Program-made: the position numbers and the translations under genes
The notes under the pieces: model-generated
Database searches by the model: none
What the model was told of the DNA's origin: nothing
What the model saw: the letters and a program-made list of their open reading frames with translations, nothing else
Shown: in pieces, positions 9,036 to 17,249 of the stretch
Layout of the letters: each line of letters starts with the position of its first letter
Position numbering within the stretch: position 1 is the stretch's first letter
Source: Promethearchaeota archaeon
GTDB lineage: Archaea > Asgardarchaeota > Lokiarchaeia > Sigyniarchaeales > SOKP01
Assembly: GCA_048940445.1 (NCBI GenBank)
Contig: JBHLON010000043.1
Coordinates: 1 to 25,088, forward strand
DNA: 25,088 nt
Reading direction: 5' to 3'

Positions 9036-9317
9036 ATGTGCTTCAGAGGATACATCTTAATTAGGATTAAGACAATAGGAACAGAATGGAAAGTAGCAGA
9101 AAAACTTTCTAGACTTAAATCTGCCAATAATGAAGAAAAATGGAGTGTGACATATGTTACTCCTGTATATGGGAATTGGGATATAATAGTGGAATGTTCC
9201 TTCTCTAAGCTAAAGGAGCTGAACAAGATCGAAACTTTTATAAGGCTAGACGAAGATCTTTCCCAATGGATTGAAGAAACCACAACATTAATTGGAACAA
9301 ACGCAAATTTTAAATAA
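9036..9317 (+). CDS. Stand-alone Lrp/AsnC ligand-binding (RAM) domain protein
   Basis: GYILI, VAEKL, VYGNWDIIVE and ETTTLI pattern; no HTH. Confidence 0.8.
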   Translation: MCFRGYILIRIKTIGTEWKVAEKLSRLKSANNEEKWSVTYVTPVYGNWDIIVECSFSKLKELNKIETFIRLDEDLSQWIEETTTLIGTNANFK

Positions 9318-9345
9318 TTTTTAAAATATTTTGATTTAATTTTAA

Positions 9346-9792
9346 TTAAAACCTGAAATAAAAACCAAGATAAGACATTATTGTAAAAGCTAATAATATA
9401 AATACAACTAAACCAATAACTAAGATTAAAACTTCATTTATAGAATCTTCTTTTGTTGTCATTTTCAAATTTGATATATCTTTCATTAACCATTTTTTAT
9501 AAGATTTTGTTAGTTTTCCATTATCTGTAGCTTTAATACCTGTTTCTTCAGTATATTGCCTTTGATTACCTATACTATCAAGTGTTCTATATAAAGTATT
9601 CTTAGACATCCTACTATATGTAATTTTTAGAATAACAAGGATAGAAACAAAAATAGGGAATGAAATATACCAATAGAAAGCAAAATATCTAAAGAAATCC
9701 ATAACTAATGGTACTAGAAAAAAAATAGTAAAAGCTACAACCGAGAAACAGCAAAGAATTATCCAAAGATCCCTATTTCTATCAAATGCCAT
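9346..9792 (-). CDS. Hypothetical membrane protein
   Basis: Two N-terminal and one C-terminal hydrophobic segments around a soluble loop. Confidence 0.7.
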   Translation of the reverse strand: MAFDRNRDLWIILCCFSVVAFTIFFLVPLVMDFFRYFAFYWYISFPIFVSILVILKITYSRMSKNTLYRTLDSIGNQRQYTEETGIKATDNGKLTKSYKKWLMKDISNLKMTTKEDSINEVLILVIGLVVFILLAFTIMSYLGFYFRF

Positions 9793-9939
9793 AAGTCTTA
9801 TTCAATTTTTTATTTTTTTTTATTAGAATTAATTTTTCAGCGGAGATTAAACTTATTATATTATCCGTAATTATTAATTTAAAGATCCTATTAAAGATTT
9901 TTATGTAATATGATTAATAAGGTTATCATTATCTCATTT

Positions 9940-10605
9940 TTATTTTGACATATCTAGCAATTGAATAATGTTATTGATATCAATATCTGATAAATCTTTA
10001 ATGATTAAATCTGCATTCAGAAGTTCACTTTCCTTGTGCGTGGTTGTTAACGCTATAGTTTTCATCTCTGCTCGTTTTGCTGCTGTAATGCCTACGGGAG
10101 CATCTTCAATAACAATACAATTCTTAGGATCAATATTTAACTTTTTAGAAACAGAAAGAAAGATATCTGGAGCTGGCTTTCCAGATTTTACATCATCACC
10201 AGAAACAATACAATCAAAAACACTCTTTATATTTAGAACATCTAACAATAAATCTATATTTGCTATTGGACCACTTGATCCAACTGCTAATTTAAATTTT
10301 TTCAATTTAAGACTATTTATTAAATCTAAAACTCCTGGTAATAGCTTTAATTTGTCCTTGACCATTTCACGATAATATTTTTCCTTTAATTTTGCCCATT
10401 TTTTAATTCTTTCCGAATTCAAATCAGACCCAACCAATTTTTTTATAATGTCCGGACTTGTCTGACCAAAAGTGTTCGCAAAAAAATCTTTTGTAAAATT
10501 TTTGCCGATTTCATTCGCTAATTTTACCCAACTTTCGAAATGAATTGACCCAGTATTTGCTAATACACCATCCATATCAAAAATAACACAATATTGATCA
10601 TACAT
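9940..10605 (-). CDS. HAD family phosphatase (beta-PGM/CbbY-like)
   Basis: FDMDGVL, GSSG, GKPAPDIF and IEDAPVG motifs. Confidence 0.93.
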   Translation of the reverse strand: MYDQYCVIFDMDGVLANTGSIHFESWVKLANEIGKNFTKDFFANTFGQTSPDIIKKLVGSDLNSERIKKWAKLKEKYYREMVKDKLKLLPGVLDLINSLKLKKFKLAVGSSGPIANIDLLLDVLNIKSVFDCIVSGDDVKSGKPAPDIFLSVSKKLNIDPKNCIVIEDAPVGITAAKRAEMKTIALTTTHKESELLNADLIIKDLSDIDINNIIQLLDMSK

Positions 10606-10687
10606 TATTATCAGCTGAAAAAATGATTGAGAAAAGTATTATAGTTAATCAATAATTATTAAAAGTTATAAATAAATTATTTCAAAA

Positions 10688-10821
10688 GGCCTGGTAGTCT
10701 AGCTTGGATTGCGATACTAGGTTATATAGCGACGCATAAATAGGGCGCTGGCTTGCGGAGCCAGATATATTTTATCAAAAAATAATACTGGATATCGAGG
10801 GTTCAAATCCCCCCCAGGCCA
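10688..10821 (+). tRNA. tRNA-Arg(GCG) with two non-canonical introns (D-loop ~10710-10741; variable loop 10767-10793)
   Basis: Acceptor GGCCTGG/CCAGGCC, anticodon arm CTGGC-TTGCGGA-GCCAG and T arm GAGGG-TTCAAAT-CCCCC. Removing the two inserts gives a normal cloverleaf with A20. Confidence 0.88.
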
Positions 10822-10902
10822 CTTATTAAGATTTATGATTTTTTAACATCATTTAAATTAGAAAATTGTTCGTTTTTTAAAAGGAAAGATTAGGGGATTA
10901 TT

Positions 10903-11847
10903 TTGGCTGATGCACTTGTAGCTAGAACCTTCGGTATGGATTTTATATATTTTGATTTAATTTTTATATCAATTTGGATATATTTACTAATAAAAAAAAA
11001 GTACTGGGTTCCTATTATCTGGGGATTATTAGGTTGGTTCGCTTATATAATTGCTGATTATGTTATATGGTATATTATAACCCATACAAGACATTATAGT
11101 GGACCATTGGATCCTCTTCTATTCTTTATGTGGTTTTGCTTCTCACCCGGATTTGTTCAATTTTCTTACGTTATTGTTATGTTTGAGAAAAGAAATCGAA
11201 ATGAATTGATACTCTGGACTTTAGTATATTATATAGGATGGACATTAGTAGCTTGTGGATCTCAATTAATTCCTTTAGATGATAGAATCATTATGGTGGC
11301 TAGAGATATGAATGTTCAAAATCAGAGAATTATCGAATTTTCGATGGTAATTGTAAATATAATTGTAGCAATTTTCTTGTATTTAAAAAAAATATTAAGA
11401 TTGGAAGATATCCTTTATCTTTTTATTATTGGGACGTTGGTAGAATTTGCATTAGAGTTTACTTTATCAATATCTAATATACGACAAGAACAAGGATCTT
11501 GGAGTTTGATATTATTACTTATAAATACGCTAATTGAATTTAATTTAGGCATTGTATTAATGTATTTACTATGGCTTGTTATTAAAGTTAAAAGATATAA
11601 GCATTATTATTTCCAAATGAGCTATAAAGATCTAAATTATATTAAAACTGACTTTGATGGAATCGCAGCTATTTGCAGAAACCGAGAAATTAATAAACGA
11701 TATATAAAGAATTATATGAAATTATATACTCTTAATGATTTTTTATCAGATATTCAATATTATAATAGGAATTACCTTCAAGATTCTAATATAGATGAGT
11801 TGATTTTTGAAATAAAGAAGATCTGGTCTAAATCTATTAAATCTTAA
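10903..11847 (+). CDS. Polytopic membrane protein of unknown function with a soluble C-terminal tail
   Basis: About 7 hydrophobic segments then a polar tail; TTG start after GGGG. Confidence 0.75.
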   Translation: MADALVARTFGMDFIYFDLIFISIWIYLLIKKKYWVPIIWGLLGWFAYIIADYVIWYIITHTRHYSGPLDPLLFFMWFCFSPGFVQFSYVIVMFEKRNRNELILWTLVYYIGWTLVACGSQLIPLDDRIIMVARDMNVQNQRIIEFSMVIVNIIVAIFLYLKKILRLEDILYLFIIGTLVEFALEFTLSISNIRQEQGSWSLILLLINTLIEFNLGIVLMYLLWLVIKVKRYKHYYFQMSYKDLNYIKTDFDGIAAICRNREINKRYIKNYMKLYTLNDFLSDIQYYNRNYLQDSNIDELIFEIKKIWSKSIKS

Positions 11848-12598
11848 TCAATATATCTATAATTTCTGAAATATCATTCACTTTTATATAATCATGAGTT
11901 TCTATTTCTTTTTCAAAAGGAAACTTAAACATTCTTTTGCATAGTATTGTTTGTAGACCTGCTCTGTTTCCGCCAATTATATCAACATGTTCGTCTCCAC
12001 AAATAAAGCATGACTTTGGTGAGTCTAATCCCATTTTCTCGATAGTATATAGAAAGATGTCTGGATCTGGCTTTCTTTTTCCAAATTGAGCAGATGTGAC
12101 TACAGCATCAAAAAAATCTATTAGATTATGTTTCTTTAGCAAATTGGTTATTGTTGAATGATTTGGATGGTTTGATAAAACTGCTAATTTAAGATTTTCA
12201 AATTTTGATAATTTCTCTATAGTGTCTTTTGTTTTTTCAAAGGGAACCCATTCTTCTTCCTCATAAGAATGATATAAATCGGCTAATTCTAAATATAATT
12301 CTTCCCTTACTTTTTTAAGATTCAATTCTTCCCATATTAATTTAAATATATAAGACGTGGGGAATTCTGTTTTTGTTTTTAGACTCTGGGTAAAAAAGAA
12401 GGATTTTTTCTTTTTAAATAATTTAGAAAATTGGTTTAAACCTTCGGCATCAGTTAGAATTTTTGTAGATCTTAACTTTTCAATCGCTTTCTTGAGTCCT
12501 TTTCTATAACACTCGAAATATTTTTCAACCGATGCATCTTTGAATTCAAACAAAGTAAAACCAAAATCAAAAATTAAACCTTCTACTTTCATCTTCAT
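11837..12598 (-). CDS. HAD family hydrolase (subfamily IA)
   Basis: IFDFGFTL, VLSN, RKPDPDIF and GDEHVDIIGG motifs. Confidence 0.9.
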   Translation of the reverse strand: MKMKVEGLIFDFGFTLFEFKDASVEKYFECYRKGLKKAIEKLRSTKILTDAEGLNQFSKLFKKKKSFFFTQSLKTKTEFPTSYIFKLIWEELNLKKVREELYLELADLYHSYEEEEWVPFEKTKDTIEKLSKFENLKLAVLSNHPNHSTITNLLKKHNLIDFFDAVVTSAQFGKRKPDPDIFLYTIEKMGLDSPKSCFICGDEHVDIIGGNRAGLQTILCKRMFKFPFEKEIETHDYIKVNDISEIIDILIKI

Positions 12599-12726
12599 TC
12601 TTATTATGAATATTTCTGAATTTTAATCTATCTCTCTCTTTTTATAAGTTAAGTCTGATTTTGATTTATTACTCTATTAATAGTAAACAACTTTTTCAAT
12701 AGGGTTATTAATTTATTTAATGAGTT

Positions 12727-13245
12727 ATGTCAATTAAAAAATGGTTAGAAGATGAAAAGATAGGGGAAGCGAAGAAACGAAGGGAAGAAAAATACAATAA
12801 ACTATCTAAGACAGACCAGAATCAGTTAAAAAAGAAAAAAGTACAAGACTTAGTTAAGAGAGATGATAAGGATAAGAATAATAGTCCAAAATCAGACTTT
12901 TTAAATGATATTATTAAATTTAATGATTGGTTAAATCAAAGGAACTATATAAAGGGAGATATAGACAAGATTGAAATATGGATTAGAAATTTATACAGTA
13001 AGCTTGCTTTAGATATTGAAAGTACATTACAAGGAACTGAAGATAAGAAATTAAAAGAACAATATAAACAAATTCCACCAACCTTCTTGGATGAAAAAAC
13101 CCGAATTGCAATAAGTAAAAAATTAAGAAATGTTAGTAGAACATCATCTGATAGTTATTACCTAAGAAAATTAAACCAAATTATAAAAGAAAAATTAAAA
13201 GAAGCGGAATATTATGAGATTTTAAGAAAAATTTTAGAAGATTGA
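12727..13245 (+). CDS. Hypothetical charged helical protein
   Basis: 172-aa Lys/Glu-rich ORF with no recognised motif. Confidence 0.7.
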   Translation: MSIKKWLEDEKIGEAKKRREEKYNKLSKTDQNQLKKKKVQDLVKRDDKDKNNSPKSDFLNDIIKFNDWLNQRNYIKGDIDKIEIWIRNLYSKLALDIESTLQGTEDKKLKEQYKQIPPTFLDEKTRIAISKKLRNVSRTSSDSYYLRKLNQIIKEKLKEAEYYEILRKILED

Positions 13246-13290
13246 TCTTAAGAAAGTGTTTTAAAAAAATTACAAGAAAAAGATAACAGA

Positions 13291-14367
13291 ATGTGGTTAA
13301 TTTGCCCTATTGCTGGAGTCGGAACACGTCTTCAACCATTTACTTATTCGAAGCCTAAGGCTTTTTTAAAGGTTGCAGGCAAGAGATTAATTGATCATAT
13401 CTTAATTAAGTTAAAAAAAACTTTTCCCAAAAAAACAAATATTTGTTTTGTTTTAGGATATAAAAAAAGACAGATTGCTGAGTACTTAAAGAGCAATTAT
13501 TCTGATTATTTTAAGCTAAAGTTTGTTGAGCAAATTCCTCTAGGATATGAAGCAGACACTCCTTTTTTTAGTGGTTTGGGAGATGCTATTCTTTTGAGTA
13601 AACAGTATGCTATTAATGACGACTGTTTTATCTTTCTCAGTGATCGTTTGCCTTTAGATGATTATTCATCTGTTTTGTTGACCTATCATCAAGGAGATTG
13701 TGATGGTGTAATAAATATAAAAAAAGTAAAGAATCCTCAATTCTATGGTGTAACAGTTTTGGATGATAAGGGTTATGTTAAGCAGATAGTGGAAAAACCA
13801 AAAGATTTTATTACAAATTATGCTGTATCTGGAGCATACTTATTTGGAAAAAAAATAACACCAAAGCTTTTTGAGTTGTTAGAAGAACAAAGTCAGTTCA
13901 AACTCGAGGATGGAAAAGAACACCAATTGACTCCAATAATTCAGAAGCTCATTGATGAGGACGTAAGGTTTAAATGTAATGAGATGCAAAGGGATGTATT
14001 AGATTTTGGTCATCCTGAGAGATTATTAGATGGAAATCGTAATTTACTTTCTGAAATGAAAATAGATGATCCATTATATGAAAAACAGTTCCATACTGGA
14101 AATATAATTGATTCAAAAATTGTTCCTCCTGTATTTATTGGGGATGATGTTAAAATATCTAATTCTGTGATAGGTCCCAACGTATCAATTGGGGATGATT
14201 TAACTATCGAAAAATGCATACTTTCTGAGTGTGTGATTGGAGACGGCGTTATCATGAAGAAAATAATTTCAGCACATAGCATCATTGGAGACTATTCAAT
14301 TTTAGAAGATTTGATAAAAAATGATATTACAATTGGAGATTCAACAGTTATAACTACTTCAAAATAA
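13291..14367 (+). CDS. Sugar-1-phosphate nucleotidyltransferase with C-terminal left-handed beta-helix (G1P thymidylyltransferase-like)
   Basis: AGVGTRLQPFT..KPK, GLGDAI, VEKP and DFG motifs; hexapeptide repeats IGPNVSIGDD. Confidence 0.9.
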   Translation: MWLICPIAGVGTRLQPFTYSKPKAFLKVAGKRLIDHILIKLKKTFPKKTNICFVLGYKKRQIAEYLKSNYSDYFKLKFVEQIPLGYEADTPFFSGLGDAILLSKQYAINDDCFIFLSDRLPLDDYSSVLLTYHQGDCDGVINIKKVKNPQFYGVTVLDDKGYVKQIVEKPKDFITNYAVSGAYLFGKKITPKLFELLEEQSQFKLEDGKEHQLTPIIQKLIDEDVRFKCNEMQRDVLDFGHPERLLDGNRNLLSEMKIDDPLYEKQFHTGNIIDSKIVPPVFIGDDVKISNSVIGPNVSIGDDLTIEKCILSECVIGDGVIMKKIISAHSIIGDYSILEDLIKNDITIGDSTVITTSK

Positions 14368-14379
14368 AAAAAGGATAAA

Positions 14380-15810
14380 TCAATCAAATTTCGGACGTTT
14401 ATCTTGCCAAGGTGCTATTTCTTCAAAAGCTTTAGAAACTTGAAGGACAGTTTTCTCATCATAACGTTTTCCAACAATTTGCATTCCAATTGGTAAACCA
14501 GAATTACTCCAACCAGAAGGAATTGATGCTGCCGGTAATCCAGACATATTAAACGGATACGTGAAAATCATCCAAGTCATAATACTTAACGCTTTTTTAC
14601 CTATTGATGGAAATACTGTCCCAGTTTCTAGCCATTTCGGCTTGAATGCTGTAATCGGAAGTGTTGGTGTAACTAATAGATCGAAAACCTTAAAATATTG
14701 GTATAATACTTCATTCAATCTTTTTCTCAGTTCTAAAGCCTTTCCATAAGCCATAGAATCAATATCTGAGCCCAATCTAATAGAACCGATTAGATCTGGA
14801 GTAAAATCTTCAGGTTTTTTATTAAAATCCTTTTTTAGATCATAAGCGTACCCAACACTCACCAATGCTTTAAATGCTAATTCAGGATTTCTTATTTTTA
14901 AATTCGCTTCTTCCACGTCCCAATCAAATTGCTTAAACTTTTGAACATTTTCAAGGACATTTTTCTCAACTTCGTTATCAAGAGCTTTTCCGAATCCTAA
15001 ATCCATAGAATACCCAATTTTCAACTTTTTTGGTTTATCATCAATAATTTTAAGATAATCAATATCATTATTGGGTAAGGAATCGTTATCTCCAGGGTGA
15101 TATCCTTTCATTACGTTCAACATTAATGCCGCGTCTTTTACATATCGCACAATTGGACCATAATGATCCATAGACTTAAACACTATACCAATACGAGGAT
15201 AACTTGGAATGCGCCCAAAATTTGGTTTTAAACCATACACTCCACAACAGCTGCTGGGAACTCTTATTGAACCTCCACCATCAGATCCTAAAGCTAATGG
15301 TCCTAGACCGCTAGCAACGGATGATGCCGCTCCACCGCTAGACCCTCCAGAGTTTGTTTCAAGATTCCAAGGATTTTTCGTTTCTCCAAATAACTTATTG
15401 TTAGTAAGAGCTATACTTCCAAACTCAGGGGTGTTTGTCTTTCCCATTATTACGCATCCAGCATCAATCAACCTTTGTACTGCAATATCATTTTGATCTG
15501 GAATAAAATTTTCATATAATTTCGATCCGTATGTAGTTAACAATCCTTTAGTTTGCATTAAATCCTTTATTGAAATAGGAATCCCATTCAAAAGTCCTAA
15601 TTTTTCAGACTTTTTTACTTTTGCATCAGCTATTTTCGCCATTTCCCTTGCCAAATCAAAACTAGTGGTACAATAGGCATTTACTAGTGGATTTATCTTT
15701 TGAATCCTTTCAATGATAGTTTCAGTTATTTCTACGGAGCTCAATTCTTGTCTTTTTATCATATCAACCATCTCCCAGGCTGACATGAAACAAATATCTT
15801 CTTTATTCAT
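14380..15810 (-). CDS. Amidase signature family enzyme
   Basis: GIPISIKD, GKTNTPEF, GGSSGG and GSDGGGSIRVP (Lys-cisSer-Ser triad). Confidence 0.93.
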   Translation of the reverse strand: MNKEDICFMSAWEMVDMIKRQELSSVEITETIIERIQKINPLVNAYCTTSFDLAREMAKIADAKVKKSEKLGLLNGIPISIKDLMQTKGLLTTYGSKLYENFIPDQNDIAVQRLIDAGCVIMGKTNTPEFGSIALTNNKLFGETKNPWNLETNSGGSSGGAASSVASGLGPLALGSDGGGSIRVPSSCCGVYGLKPNFGRIPSYPRIGIVFKSMDHYGPIVRYVKDAALMLNVMKGYHPGDNDSLPNNDIDYLKIIDDKPKKLKIGYSMDLGFGKALDNEVEKNVLENVQKFKQFDWDVEEANLKIRNPELAFKALVSVGYAYDLKKDFNKKPEDFTPDLIGSIRLGSDIDSMAYGKALELRKRLNEVLYQYFKVFDLLVTPTLPITAFKPKWLETGTVFPSIGKKALSIMTWMIFTYPFNMSGLPAASIPSGWSNSGLPIGMQIVGKRYDEKTVLQVSKAFEEIAPWQDKRPKFD

Positions 15811-16073
15811 AACTACAATTAGTCTTGTTTTATATTTGAATATTTTATAATTAACAAATTAAAATCATTCTTTTATTTGATTTAAAATATGATAATTGGT
15901 TTTCCTTTGGGATTTAATTCAAAGCTCTCTTTTTCTCGTTGATTATGGCTAACTATCGAATTATTTATAATAAACAATAGATAAAATAATAGTAGAACTT
16001 AATATCGTAAAAAAATGGGAATACTATTATCCCAATACTATTTCAATAAAAAAGTAGAACTAAAAAAAATATA

Positions 16074-16574
16074 TTATAGATGAAAATCCATTTCAATGTG
16101 GCATATTTCTGCTGTTTGAAGCCGATTTTTGGAAATATGAGGATCAATTCCTCGAGCGTATGAGATTGCTCCTGTTAATATACCACCAACGGGACAGGCT
16201 GTATTTCCCTCGAGATCATACCCTCCAATTCTTTTAGGGCAAATTAAGCATTTTTGCACAACTACTTTTACATTTTCATTAGATACTTCTACATCTAAAT
16301 CTTCAGCGAGATTAATAACTGTCATTAAAGAATTAATTAATTGCTCATCGCTGTCTTTAACATTCACAACTTTATTATCTAACATTGCCTTCATAAGCTC
16401 TCTTCCTATCCAAATGCTTAATGAATCCATAGCATCCTGAGTGGAAACACCAAAATCTTTATTTAAAATAAAGTCTCTTGTTCTTATTAAACCATAACCT
16501 AATCCAATTATTGTTCTATTTAGATAATGTGACTCATTTTTCTTATCTTTTCTTAAACTTTTAAATATTCTCAA
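16074..16574 (-). CDS. V4R/MetOD1-like (Bet3-related fold) Cys-containing domain protein
   Basis: WIGREL helix, VVVQKCLIC, TACPVGGILTGAI and terminal EICHIEMDF strand. The TTG start overlaps the upstream stop (TTGA) and follows GAGGAG. Confidence 0.7.
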   Translation of the reverse strand: MRIFKSLRKDKKNESHYLNRTIIGLGYGLIRTRDFILNKDFGVSTQDAMDSLSIWIGRELMKAMLDNKVVNVKDSDEQLINSLMTVINLAEDLDVEVSNENVKVVVQKCLICPKRIGGYDLEGNTACPVGGILTGAISYARGIDPHISKNRLQTAEICHIEMDFHL

Positions 16575-17158
16575 TAGATATCTCCTCTTAAGTTAATATT
16601 TAAATCATTAAAATTAGATTTCTCCTTCTCATATCTTATCTTTTCTTTACTTATAATGCCTCTTTCAACGTATTTATCAGTTATCTTTAAAAGAGAATCT
16701 TGATCGATTTTTCTGTTTAAAGCTTTTTCTAAACCACTGAGTTTTTGCAATAATACTGCTACACTAATTCTATTAAATTTTGCTATTTGAAGTATTATCT
16801 GTTTCTCAAGGACATTAGGAAATTGTTGCTCCTTTATATAATCTAAATCATAATTGGAACTCAATATTAATTTTTCTTCTGAAGACATTTTGTCAAAGAA
16901 ATCAGAATTTATTGGTTCTCCAGGAATATGGTTGTTTTGCGTCTTATACTCTCTTCTTTCTAATATATTGTCAATCGATTCTATTCCCTTTACTTCGTAA
17001 TTTCTATCTACATATATAATTAATGATTGGTTACAATGTTCTATCAAAAATTGAACTGGAAACCTTTCAGATTGTTCTATAAAATCCCTATTCAAATCAA
17101 GAACTATCTGTTGATTACATATTGGACAAATAGCTTTTGAAGTAATGTTCTGAGGCAT
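16571..17158 (-). CDS. Zn-ribbon-like N-terminal domain + winged-helix-like C-terminal domain shared with the adjacent GTPase
   Basis: CPIC...FP...HC...IYVDRNYEVKG N-terminus; residues 82-167 align without gaps to residues 335-420 of the 451-aa protein. Confidence 0.8.
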   Translation of the reverse strand: MPQNITSKAICPICNQQIVLDLNRDFIEQSERFPVQFLIEHCNQSLIIYVDRNYEVKGIESIDNILERREYKTQNNHIPGEPINSDFFDKMSSEEKLILSSNYDLDYIKEQQFPNVLEKQIILQIAKFNRISVAVLLQKLSGLEKALNRKIDQDSLLKITDKYVERGIISKEKIRYEKEKSNFNDLNINLRGDIY

Positions 17159-17249
17159 TTACGACACTATTAATTATATAACTATTTGATTATTAATTTA
17201 AATAGTATAGAAACTGTTAAAGGAATAGTGAGAATACTTATATTTAAAT

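Noticed and set aside
14380-15810. Amidase as GatA, given gltX in the window
   Set aside because: The motif is GSDGGGSIRVP of general amidases rather than GSDTGGSIRQP, and there is no adjacent gatB or gatC.
16016-16045. TGGGA...TCCCA hairpin with an AATACTATT direct repeat downstream of the V4R-like gene
   Set aside because: Short and imperfect; could arise by chance in AT-rich DNA.
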